A stretch of 44,474 nt of DNA, from the NCBI GenBank assembly GCA_030673105.1, contig DAOVJS010000003.1, positions 1 through 44,474 on the forward strand. The letters run 5' to 3'. Below, piece by piece: positions 26,126 through 35,107 of this stretch. Origin of the DNA: Spirochaetota bacterium (GTDB taxonomy: Bacteria; Spirochaetota; B62-G9; DRHN01). The position numbers and the translations under genes were made by a program. The notes under the pieces were generated by a model that did not search any database, was not told the DNA's origin, and saw nothing but the letters and a program-made list of their open reading frames with translations. Position 1 is the first letter of the stretch; the number at the start of each line of letters is the position of its first letter.

Positions 26126-26938
26126 CTAACCCAATAACCTCATAACTGACTCCGTTTTCAGATTGGCCTGCATCAGCATAGCAACTCCTGAGTCCTTTAA
26201 GATCTTCAGACGCATGAAATTGACAATTTCCGAAGCCATTTCAGTATCTCTTATTCTTGACTCTGCCGCCTGAAGGTTCTCTGCCGCTACTGAAAGATTA
26301 GAAACAACATACTCAAGCCTGTTCTGTACTGCTCCATAGGAGGCCCTCTGTTTCGAGACAATACCGACAGCTTGATCAACCCTGTTAAGGGCTTCATTCG
26401 CAGAGTTTATAGTAGACATTGTCAATCCGGATACGCCGATAGCCGCAGCTGTCATGGTTTTCATAACCGCTGTGATATCCTGTCCCGGATTGGGGCCAAC
26501 CTGAAACTTAAAACTCAGGTTTGAACCATCCAAAATCTTAAACTTGTTAAACTCTGTAGTTTCAGCTATACGGTCTATCTCCTCTATCAACTGAGAGACC
26601 TCGACCTGAATAAGGCTTCTGTCCTCTTCAGAATATACGGCATTGGCAGACTGGACAGCAAGCTCCCTCAAACGATGAAGGATCGCGTGTACAGACTGCA
26701 AAGAGCCTTCAGCTGTCTGAATAAAAGAAATGCTGTTTAAGGCATTCTTCTGCGCCTGTTTCAGTCCTCTGATCTGGGATCTCAGTGTTTCAGATACAGC
26801 CAATCCCGAAGCGTCATCACCTGCCCTGTTTATCCGCAAACCCGACGCAAGCTTTTCAATAGACTTTGAGAGTTCCCTCTCATGCTGTGTCAGAATCCGG
26901 TTTGCGAAGATAGCAGATATATTGTGGTTAATGATCAT
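26126..26938 (-). CDS. flaB: Flagellin, divergent short FlaB-like paralogue (270 aa)
   Basis: [32 protein letters not shown]; lacks the central FlaB loop found in the other two. Confidence 0.9.
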   Translation of the reverse strand: MIINHNISAIFANRILTQHERELSKSIEKLASGLRINRAGDDASGLAVSETLRSQIRGLKQAQKNALNSISFIQTAEGSLQSVHAILHRLRELAVQSANAVYSEEDRSLIQVEVSQLIEEIDRIAETTEFNKFKILDGSNLSFKFQVGPNPGQDITAVMKTMTAAAIGVSGLTMSTINSANEALNRVDQAVGIVSKQRASYGAVQNRLEYVVSNLSVAAENLQAAESRIRDTEMASEIVNFMRLKILKDSGVAMLMQANLKTESVMRLLG

Positions 26939-27147
26939 ACTATCTCCTCCCTCCATAGAGATTCGGTGGCTGAAAATTCCATTTTCAGCCAATTACGGTC
27001 AGGTACTTGAATAATAATCTAACCGATCACCAGACCATTCTTTCCCGTACCGTAAATTTCCAAATCCTGCCGGGTTTACCGCCTTTGCATGATCAACATT
27101 ATGACGCCTGGATCAGGCCTTTCTGTACCACCCCTAAATACCGGCCT

Positions 27148-28002
27148 CTACACAAGAAGCTGCAGCACAGCCTGCGGCTTCAGGTTAGCCTGGGCAAGCA
27201 TTGCAGTGCCCGACTGGACCAGTATTGTGTTTTTTACGAACTCAACCATCTGCGCTGCCATATCCGTGTCACGAATTAACGATTCAGCGGCCTGCATATT
27301 TTCAGCCCCCACAAGGACTCCGCGTACAGCCATTTCGAACCTGTTCTGATAGGCCCCAAGATCGGCCCTTAGACTGGATACTCTTTGTAAAGCCTCGTCA
27401 ACGATACCGATCGCGGCATTAGCAACGCCTGGAGTTGAGAGACTGATAGATCTCCCCTCAGGTTTTAAAGCAAGCGCCTCCGAAGTCATGGTGCCTATAT
27501 AGGCCCTTTCCCTCTGGTCCATGTTTGCCCCAACGTGAAACCACATTGAAGCTGTGGGAGTTCCGCCTGCAGCGGGGTTCGCAAATGAGCCTGTAAGCAT
27601 ATTGTACCCGTTGAACTGAGCATGAGAAGCGACCCGGTCGATCTCATCAACAAGCTGAGATACTTCAACCTGGATCTGCATCCTATCCTCGGGGGTGTAT
27701 ATGCCGTTTGCCGCCTGAACAGAGAGTTCTCGTATCCTGTGAAGAATATCCTGGTCTTCCTGCAGATACCCCTCGGTGGTCTGGATAAAGGAAACTGCGT
27801 TTTCAATATTTCTCGCAGCCTGTTTTAATCCCCTTATCTGAGACCTCATCTTTTCAGAAACAGCAAGGCCCGATGCGTCGTCACCTGCTCTCGTAATTCT
27901 CTCACCTGATGACAGCTTGGCGATGTCTTTATCCACGTCCAGATTTTTAAACTTCAAAATCCTGTTGGCGTAGAGAGCACTCATATTGTGGTTGATGATC
28001 AT
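27148..28002 (-). CDS. flaB: Periplasmic flagellar core protein FlaB (284 aa)
   Basis: [34 protein letters not shown]. Confidence 0.95.
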   Translation of the reverse strand: MIINHNMSALYANRILKFKNLDVDKDIAKLSSGERITRAGDDASGLAVSEKMRSQIRGLKQAARNIENAVSFIQTTEGYLQEDQDILHRIRELSVQAANGIYTPEDRMQIQVEVSQLVDEIDRVASHAQFNGYNMLTGSFANPAAGGTPTASMWFHVGANMDQRERAYIGTMTSEALALKPEGRSISLSTPGVANAAIGIVDEALQRVSSLRADLGAYQNRFEMAVRGVLVGAENMQAAESLIRDTDMAAQMVEFVKNTILVQSGTAMLAQANLKPQAVLQLLV

Positions 28003-28466
28003 AAATCTACCCTCCTTGATTAGTCTCATGCCTCCCTGCATGAGGATCTTTTTACAAGGTTTTTCTCCTTGTAGCTGCGTATCCCAAAGGGACGGGCGAT
28101 TACTCCGATACGCGTTTTCGTTTCATCCCCTTCTCCGTCCTCTCCTCTCGAGCAGGAAAGGCCGGTATACCGCTTTAAAGACCAGCAACTAAAATTATGC
28201 CCCTTTGTGGAAAAACAGGCTCCTTCAAGTCAAGGGTAAAAGAGCCTCTTTCCTCAAATCAGAGCACCCTATGAAACAAAATACTATGTTTCATATTGCA
28301 GCCTCAAATACTTTAAAGCCCCGGGAGGGGCATAAAATAAGTTGCTGGAACTCCATAATCAAGGACAGGTTAAACCACTACCCGATACCGGGGTGGATTA
28401 ATTCCTATTTCAAAGATCAATTTATACAGGTGACCATAAATTACAGTCACCGGTAAATAATACTCA

Positions 28467-29327
28467 TTACCTGAAAAGCTGAAGAACACTCTGCGGCATT
28501 AAATTTGCCTGAGCCAGCATCGCAGTTCCTGTCTGCACCAGGATCTGGTTCTTCGTAAAATCTACCATCTGTTCCGCAATATCTGTATCTCTGATTCTCG
28601 ATTCAGACGCCTGGAGATTCTCATATCCCGACATCAATCCCTTCGTAGCAAATTCAAGCCTCGTTTGATACGCACCGAGATCAGCCCTTTGCTTGGCTAC
28701 TTCCGTTAACGCAGCGTCTAAGGTTCCTATTGCCCTGTTTGACAATTCAGGTGTCCCGAGTGATATTGAAGAGCCGGTTGCCGCCTGCTTTACTCTCAGC
28801 CCACGAGAAGTCATCGTCTGAATAAAAACCTGCTCTCTCTGATCCATATTCGCCCCGATTTGGAACCACATTGATGCGGTAGGCGTATTCTCTCCAATCG
28901 GCCGCGCGAACCTGCCTGTCAGCATATTCATACCGTTAAACTGGGCATGTGAGGCCACCCTGTCGATCTCATCGATAAGCTGGGAAACCTCCACCTGGAT
29001 CATCATTCTATCCTCCTCGGTATAAATACCGTTGGAAGCCTGAACAGAGAGTTCTCTTACTCTCTGAAGAATATCCTGGATTTCCTGTAAATATCCTTCC
29101 GCGGTTTGAATAAAAGAAATTCCATCTTCCGCATTCTGCGCCGCCCGTTTCAAACCCCTTATCTGGGATCTCATTTTCTCGGAAACTGCAAGACCTGACG
29201 CATCATCACCGGCACGGTTTATCTTCATACCTGATGCCAGCTTTTCAATGTTTTTGTTGATATTCCAGTTGTTAAATTTGAGAGTCCTGTTCGCAAAAAT
29301 AGCGCTGATGTTGTGATTAATAATCAT
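28467..29327 (-). CDS. flaB: Periplasmic flagellar core protein FlaB (286 aa)
   Basis: [39 protein letters not shown]. Confidence 0.95.
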   Translation of the reverse strand: MIINHNISAIFANRTLKFNNWNINKNIEKLASGMKINRAGDDASGLAVSEKMRSQIRGLKRAAQNAEDGISFIQTAEGYLQEIQDILQRVRELSVQASNGIYTEEDRMMIQVEVSQLIDEIDRVASHAQFNGMNMLTGRFARPIGENTPTASMWFQIGANMDQREQVFIQTMTSRGLRVKQAATGSSISLGTPELSNRAIGTLDAALTEVAKQRADLGAYQTRLEFATKGLMSGYENLQASESRIRDTDIAEQMVDFTKNQILVQTGTAMLAQANLMPQSVLQLFR

Positions 29328-29332
29328 ATTTT

Positions 29333-29364
29333 CCTCCTTGAAATTTTTCTTCGGCATCCGTGCC
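29333..29364 (-). promoter_or_regulatory. Paired CsrA-type sites in the flaB leader
   Basis: Hairpin GGCACGGATGCC plus CAAGGAGG overlapping the SD; same layout as in CsrA-regulated flagellin mRNAs. Confidence 0.7.
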
Positions 29365-29635
29365 TGCAAAAAAAATATCGTAATCAAAATTTTGCGCTAA
29401 ACAAATTTCATTTGATTACGATAAATAAAGTAATTGAAAATAAGAGCATCACCTCCTTGCGTTTATGATGCTAAAAACATCCATGTTTTTAGTGATTTTT
29501 ACCCCTGATAAACGGCAAAGGACCAGGGGGAGGGTTTACTCCCTCTTTATTTCCTCCCTAAATGGAAAAATAAGAAACGGAAAAATAAGCCGCGGTGCTT
29601 CTTTGCAGCACCTGAGCGGTATTTCCTCTTTCATT

Positions 29636-29663
29636 ATATCGGACGAATCTATACAAAACTTTA
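29636..29663 (-). promoter_or_regulatory. sigma28 (FliA) promoter of the flagellin cluster
   Basis: Minus strand TAAA-N16-TCCGATAT. Confidence 0.75.
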
Positions 29664-29672
29664 AATAATATT

Positions 29673-31376
29673 TTAGTTTGAAAATCGTTTCAAAGCCAGA
29701 ACCTCGAGGTCATCTATCCTGTCCCTGATCAAGAGATATAATTCCGGTTGATTGGCCCTGATTTTTCTTGCTCTTTCCAGCCATAAGAAAAACTTATCTT
29801 TGTACTTTTTATGCGCAAATTTCCTGATCGTGTCGGGTATCAACTTTAGGAAATATTCTTTATCACAATCCTCCCCGCCTATTTTTTTAAATAATTCCTC
29901 TAATTCCTCCTCTTTATCCTTACATAACGATTTTTCCAATTTTTCAGTCAATCTCAGTCTCTTCATGTCACTCAGACCCTCAATATCACCTGCCGGCATT
30001 AATTCAAGAAAGTCTCTCGTATTTATTTTAATATGTAAATCCTCCAATTCTAAGGTCTTATTTTTTAGATCGATCGAAAAATTCTCTTTCAATCTTATTA
30101 AAGAATATTTTTTATTAAATAATAACGCAAGTCTCTTTTTAACCAGTATATTATCCAGCTGTTTCAGCCCATATTTAGTGCTTCTTCTTGATGTATCAAT
30201 TATCATTACAAATTCGATATTCTTGTTTAATCTTTTAATGCTCTGCTTACCACCGCGGTATTTGGTATATTCATTCGTTACAATATCTATTTTACCTTTT
30301 TCCGAACATATGCCCTTCAATTCATCAAAAGGTATTATCCCTTCAGTACTGTAGCTCAATAAAATATATTTTGATTTAATATTATCAATCAAAGTATAAA
30401 AAGTGTCCCTGGCCCTGTCAGCGTAGCAGTAATCAGATTTGGTAATGACCCAATCTTTTCTGATAGCCGCCTTCTCCATTAAAATTCCCTTTTCATTTAA
30501 ATTATTATTAACCGGCAGCCTGTCCCATAAGCCGATTGTATTGAGCATATGGTAATTACTTCCGTACTGGTGCTGGTTATAGGGAGGGTCTAAATAAACC
30601 ATGTCAAAATCGGTGCCTCTTAAATCTTCCATCAAAATCAGCTTATTCGCATCTTCTCTAAATACTGTCGCATTGTGCTTTGACGTTATCAATACAGGCA
30701 TCCTGAGTCTGATGGGTGCCAGTATTCGGCTCAAAGCATCCCTGCCGTGCCCGCCGAATCCTTTATGATACGCTTTAAATACACCTGATGTGTTAGTGTG
30801 GGTTGCAGCTTCATAAAGCAGTAATGAAATAAGAAGATACTTTTCTCTTAGTTTATCAGGTGATTTATTGTTTTCTCCTGCGGGGTACAGGTCTTCGATT
30901 TTATTTCTGATTTTATCGATAATTAGACCGTTTGACCTGGTGTAAAACATCCTTTCTTTTCTGAAGTCTAAACCTTCAATTTTGCAGGTGGATGGAGAAT
31001 AATGTTTAGCGATATACTGATCATTCACGGACGGCCGTGGCAGAGAATTCAAAGTATCCAACAGCCCGGCAAGCCCTCCATATTCACGGTACATGTTTTT
31101 TAAATCTACTTCATCAATTTCCAGAAACGATTTATTTATTATGTAGGTGTAAGGTTCCCAATCATTCGAATAAACTTTAAAACCCAAATATTTTGCAAAT
31201 TTTGAAACAACGCCGCCACCCGCAAACATATCAAGGAAAGTTAAACCTTCCGGTATATCCGGATAACACTTCGTAATTGCTTCATATATGAGGGGAAGGA
31301 GCCGCCTCTTATTTCCTATGTACGCGATTATATGCTGCGTTAAATATGGATGTCTGTAATCGACTTTCTTTCCCAT
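29673..31376 (-). CDS. DNA N6-adenine methyltransferase (D12/alpha class), orphan
   Basis: YIGNKRRL, motif I DMFAGGGVVS, motif IV YLDPPYN, LSYS. Confidence 0.88.
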   Translation of the reverse strand: MGKKVDYRHPYLTQHIIAYIGNKRRLLPLIYEAITKCYPDIPEGLTFLDMFAGGGVVSKFAKYLGFKVYSNDWEPYTYIINKSFLEIDEVDLKNMYREYGGLAGLLDTLNSLPRPSVNDQYIAKHYSPSTCKIEGLDFRKERMFYTRSNGLIIDKIRNKIEDLYPAGENNKSPDKLREKYLLISLLLYEAATHTNTSGVFKAYHKGFGGHGRDALSRILAPIRLRMPVLITSKHNATVFREDANKLILMEDLRGTDFDMVYLDPPYNQHQYGSNYHMLNTIGLWDRLPVNNNLNEKGILMEKAAIRKDWVITKSDYCYADRARDTFYTLIDNIKSKYILLSYSTEGIIPFDELKGICSEKGKIDIVTNEYTKYRGGKQSIKRLNKNIEFVMIIDTSRRSTKYGLKQLDNILVKKRLALLFNKKYSLIRLKENFSIDLKNKTLELEDLHIKINTRDFLELMPAGDIEGLSDMKRLRLTEKLEKSLCKDKEEELEELFKKIGGEDCDKEYFLKLIPDTIRKFAHKKYKDKFFLWLERARKIRANQPELYLLIRDRIDDLEVLALKRFSN

Positions 31377-31481
31377 GATTTATCTGCCTTTAATGCCATT
31401 AGTCGAGCTTTTTGTTAAGCAGCACATAAAGTTTGAGTTTCTACCTGGCGCATATCCCCGGGGATATTAATTTAACCGGTT

Positions 31482-33185
31482 TTACATCTCCTCCACTGCC
31501 TTCAGCCCGAGAAGTTCCAATCCCTTCTTTAACACCATTTTTACGCCATAAACGACAAGCGCACGGGACAGTGAAAGCGAGTGATCATCAGTAATGATCC
31601 TATGGGTATTGTAGAAGCTGTTAAACTGTGAGGCAAGATCAAGAAGATAACGTGAAATGATGGATGGTTCAAACTCTTTTGAGGCATGTATGACAACATT
31701 TTCAAAATTGTTTATTAGAAGCACGATCCCGTAGCCTTCAGCACCAAAAGAAAGTCCTTCCTCAAACCTCAATTCTCCGTGTATTTCTTTGAACTTTTTT
31801 AAAAGACTGTTGATACGGGCGTGTGTGTACTGTAAATATGGGCCGGTCTCGCCGTTGAAGTTCAAAACCTCATCCCAGACAAAAGCAACATCCTTAATTC
31901 TGTAATTTTTAAGACTATTGAAAATAACTGAACTAACTCCCACAGCCTCAGCGACTTCATTTTTATGATTAAGTCCCGGATTCTTTTCTTCAATGATGCT
32001 CAGTGCGAGCTCTGAAGCTTTATCAAGAACTTCTTCAAGAAAGACTATATTCCCTTTCCTAGTGCTCATGGAACCTTCAGCAAACCGTACATGTCCAAAG
32101 GGGACATGGTGGCAGTTTTCATTCCATCCGAGGCCCATTTTACCCAGGACACTGAACAGCTGCCTGAAATGAAGCGCCTGCGGGCTGCCGACCACATAAA
32201 GTGCCAGGTCAAAGTGAAATGTTCTGTGTCTGTAAAGCGCGGCTGCTATATCCCGTGTGAGATAGAGGGTCGCGTCATCACTCTTCCGGAGCAAAGCCGG
32301 CTGCATGTCATCACCAAGGGGAACAATGAGCGCTCCATCACTCTCAGAAGTAATGCCAATCTCCTTCATACTCTTTATAGTATCTTCAAGCACACTGCTG
32401 TAAAAACTCTCTCCTGTATAATAATCAAACTCAACACCGAGCCTCCCATAAATCTTTTTAAACTCTTTTACACTGAGATCTCTAAACTGCCCCCACAGCC
32501 GCCCTGCTTCTTCATCGTTATTTTCCAGCCTGGAAAACCAGCTCCGTGCTTCATCTTCCAGTTCGGGCGTATTCTCCGCTTCCGAATGGAACCTGACATA
32601 AAGGTTAAACAGGTACTTAACGGGGTCGGATTTCAGCTGTTCCGTACTCCCCCACCTTTTATATGCCGTAATAAGCTTACCGAACTGTGTGCCCCAGTCT
32701 CCCAGGTGATTTATTCCGATAACTTTATAGCCAAGAAAAGAGAATATTTTATAAAGTGAGCTCCCGATTACAGTAGAGCGAAGATGGCCGACTCCAAAGG
32801 GTTTCGCAATATTGGGGGATGAGTAGTCAATAATTACCGTCTTGCCGGTGCCGTGAAGACCAGGGAACCGGCTTTTAAAAACATGCCGGACTACTTCCCT
32901 TACGATATACACCTTATTAACGAACATATTAAGGTAAGGGCCGTTGGACTTTACTTTCTGAATCACTTCATTATTTTTAGCTTTTTTTGAGAACAGCCGT
33001 TCGAAATCCGATGCGATCTGCGCCGGATTCTTCCTGCTCTCCTTCGTGAATGCAAAACAGGGAATAGCAAAATCCCCGAAACCGGTATCAGGAGGGGTTT
33101 CTATCAGGGAATAACATTTTTCGGCAGGAATATCGAGGACCTGTGATAGATTTTCGGAAAGCCTCTTATTAATATCTATGCTCAT
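31482..33185 (-). CDS. argS: Arginine--tRNA ligase
   Basis: DYSSPNIAKPFGVGHLRST, HLGDWGTQFG, MSTRKG, GPYLQYTHAR. Confidence 0.97.
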   Translation of the reverse strand: MSIDINKRLSENLSQVLDIPAEKCYSLIETPPDTGFGDFAIPCFAFTKESRKNPAQIASDFERLFSKKAKNNEVIQKVKSNGPYLNMFVNKVYIVREVVRHVFKSRFPGLHGTGKTVIIDYSSPNIAKPFGVGHLRSTVIGSSLYKIFSFLGYKVIGINHLGDWGTQFGKLITAYKRWGSTEQLKSDPVKYLFNLYVRFHSEAENTPELEDEARSWFSRLENNDEEAGRLWGQFRDLSVKEFKKIYGRLGVEFDYYTGESFYSSVLEDTIKSMKEIGITSESDGALIVPLGDDMQPALLRKSDDATLYLTRDIAAALYRHRTFHFDLALYVVGSPQALHFRQLFSVLGKMGLGWNENCHHVPFGHVRFAEGSMSTRKGNIVFLEEVLDKASELALSIIEEKNPGLNHKNEVAEAVGVSSVIFNSLKNYRIKDVAFVWDEVLNFNGETGPYLQYTHARINSLLKKFKEIHGELRFEEGLSFGAEGYGIVLLINNFENVVIHASKEFEPSIISRYLLDLASQFNSFYNTHRIITDDHSLSLSRALVVYGVKMVLKKGLELLGLKAVEEM

Positions 33186-33191
33186 AATTCA

Positions 33192-33830
33192 TCATAAGTC
33201 AACTTCATCGTTCCTGATGACCTTTGCTTCCCCTTTGAGCTCATCAACTAACTCATTAAGATAGTCGTTGTACTGCCTCTGAAGAAGCTGCATCTTTATC
33301 TGCTGCCGGGCGACATCAATATCAACACCGGCAAACAGCTTTTTATTCTGGTTGTAAATTGATTCTATCTGCTCATCAGGAATATCCTGCAGTTTCGGCT
33401 CTATCTTTTCGTTCAAATAAACCTGAATGATTGCTCTTCTTTCCACAGCCTTAATGAGATCCTGTACATCTTTTCTTTTATCATAACCTTTCCGGAGCGC
33501 CTTTTGATAAATAAGGTATTCATTTATGAGGTTTATTAAAAACTTCTTTTTATTAATAGTATCGTTCTGGTACAGGTCCTTCTGCTTTTCATCAATAGGT
33601 AAAGAATAAACATGCACATTAAACTCTCTTTCAAACTCATTCAATGTGATAGTCTTATTGTCTATTTTCGCGACCCAGTCACCCGGTTTTGACGTCTTTC
33701 TGGTTGTCTGTGCAATAATGAAGTAATTTTCATCCGCTGCCGCATCCTGCGCTGATATTATATAGCGGTCAATAAAAATACCCGTCAAGATCAAAAAAAT
33801 CGACACCGCAAATACTGCTAATTTCCTCAT
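33192..33830 (-). CDS. Exported SurA/PrsA N-terminal-like chaperone domain protein
   Basis: Signal/TM segment, VAKIDNKTIT, LINEYLIYQKA, ELKGEAKV; no parvulin domain; near mfd. Confidence 0.6.
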   Translation of the reverse strand: MRKLAVFAVSIFLILTGIFIDRYIISAQDAAADENYFIIAQTTRKTSKPGDWVAKIDNKTITLNEFEREFNVHVYSLPIDEKQKDLYQNDTINKKKFLINLINEYLIYQKALRKGYDKRKDVQDLIKAVERRAIIQVYLNEKIEPKLQDIPDEQIESIYNQNKKLFAGVDIDVARQQIKMQLLQRQYNDYLNELVDELKGEAKVIRNDEVDL

Positions 33831-33928
33831 TTTACATACCTTTGTCTTTTAAGAGCTATAACCATAAAAGTAATCTAACCATTATACCCTGTAAGGACAA
33901 TATAATTTTCTTCAGCCCGCATTCGACC

Positions 33929-35107
33929 TTATAGATGCTGAATGGATTCATCGGTTTTATTGATGCTCTTTCCCCCTCTCCTTCCTATACAGTACATATT
34001 TTCATACCCCACAGTGCCGCTTTCAAAAACGAATTTCGGTTCAAAGGCAATCACCATACCCGACTTTATGCGCCCCTCAAAACGATCACTTATCACAGGA
34101 AACTCATCCAGCTCAAGGCCGACTCCATGGCCCATAAACTTCGCCTCCCCCATATACACGTCTTGAAGACCCCTCCCGGCCACAAAATCGTTTATTTCTT
34201 TACAAATGTCAGGGATGGCCAGACCCTCTTTCACCTTCTCAAGAAATATTTCATGGCAGCCCTTTGATACACTGTGAGCTTTCTCAAATATCGGGTCAAT
34301 ACTGCCTATAGCAAAAATACGGGTACAGTCCACAATATACCCCTCATGATTAAACGCAGCATCAATTAGTATCGGCTCGCCCTTCTTCAACTTTTTGTGC
34401 CCTGAACCGGAAGGAAATGCCGCATTTATCCCGTCACCACCTCCTGACGGAGAATCCATGAAGGAGTGTTTGTACGCGCTCCTCCCGCTCAAAACCTCAT
34501 TTGAATGCACCTCCATATTGAACATCCTGGTTCTCACAATGAGGACAGAATCTTCCTTTAAAAAAAGAGCTGAGAGCTTCATGCTTAATTCAAACTCTGA
34601 AATCCCCGGTTTAATCTCATCCTTTAATTTAGTAAAAATGCTGTCCAGTCTTTTTCCGCCCTCTACCAGCAGCGATATTTCATAATTTGATTTTACAGCC
34701 CGCATATTACGTATCTCAATGGAAATGTCGACAAAACGCGCATCAGGGAAATTGGATAAAATTTTTATATACAGCTTTGCAGGGAGAACATCCATTTCAA
34801 GTCCGATTACCTCCCGCTGAAGGTTATGGTCCCGGATGTAATTATAAATCTCATTTATGTTTTCATAGCCGATAACCGTATTTATTGGAGATTCTTCCCT
34901 GGCTCTTTCAAGAGTTCTCTTAATAAAAAGCACGGGCTGGCCATCCCTCCGTACCAGTAAAACACCGTCCTGAAAGGTTCCTGTATAGTAGTACCTGTCC
35001 ACGTTCTGTACTATCAGGCAGAGGTCAATTTCATTTGCATTTAGGCATCTCTTCAAAGCTGTGCATCTTGAAAATATTTCATTTTCAGGTGTTTTCTTCA
35101 TAATCAA
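33929..35107 (-). CDS. M24 Xaa-Pro aminopeptidase family protein
   Basis: RAVKSNYEI, DAAFNHEGYIVDCTR, GHGVGLELDE, FEPK, GYEN. Confidence 0.9.
   Translation of the reverse strand: MIMKKTPENEIFSRCTALKRCLNANEIDLCLIVQNVDRYYYTGTFQDGVLLVRRDGQPVLFIKRTLERAREESPINTVIGYENINEIYNYIRDHNLQREVIGLEMDVLPAKLYIKILSNFPDARFVDISIEIRNMRAVKSNYEISLLVEGGKRLDSIFTKLKDEIKPGISEFELSMKLSALFLKEDSVLIVRTRMFNMEVHSNEVLSGRSAYKHSFMDSPSGGGDGINAAFPSGSGHKKLKKGEPILIDAAFNHEGYIVDCTRIFAIGSIDPIFEKAHSVSKGCHEIFLEKVKEGLAIPDICKEINDFVAGRGLQDVYMGEAKFMGHGVGLELDEFPVISDRFEGRIKSGMVIAFEPKFVFESGTVGYENMYCIGRRGGKSINKTDESIQHL

Noticed and set aside
29408-29449. 13-codon uORF MLLFSITLFIVIK in the flaB leader
   Set aside because: The ATG abuts the GGAGGTG with too little spacing and lies within a stem; the GGA element is better explained as a CsrA-type site
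29495-29630. c-di-GMP riboswitch in the flagellin leader
   Set aside because: No GEMM-I GNRA/receptor architecture or class II consensus recognised on the coding strand
29673-31376. Restriction-modification or defence island
   Set aside because: No nuclease or other defence gene is adjacent; the neighbours are argS and flaB
31452-31467. Perfect palindrome ATATCCCCGGGGATAT after argS
   Set aside because: Single copy with no U tract on the coding strand; at most a weak terminator or stabiliser
29752-32759. Long + strand ORFs of 200 aa and 222 aa, and the many other short overlapping ORFs in the track
   Set aside because: They lie antisense to or within well-supported genes and show no motifs
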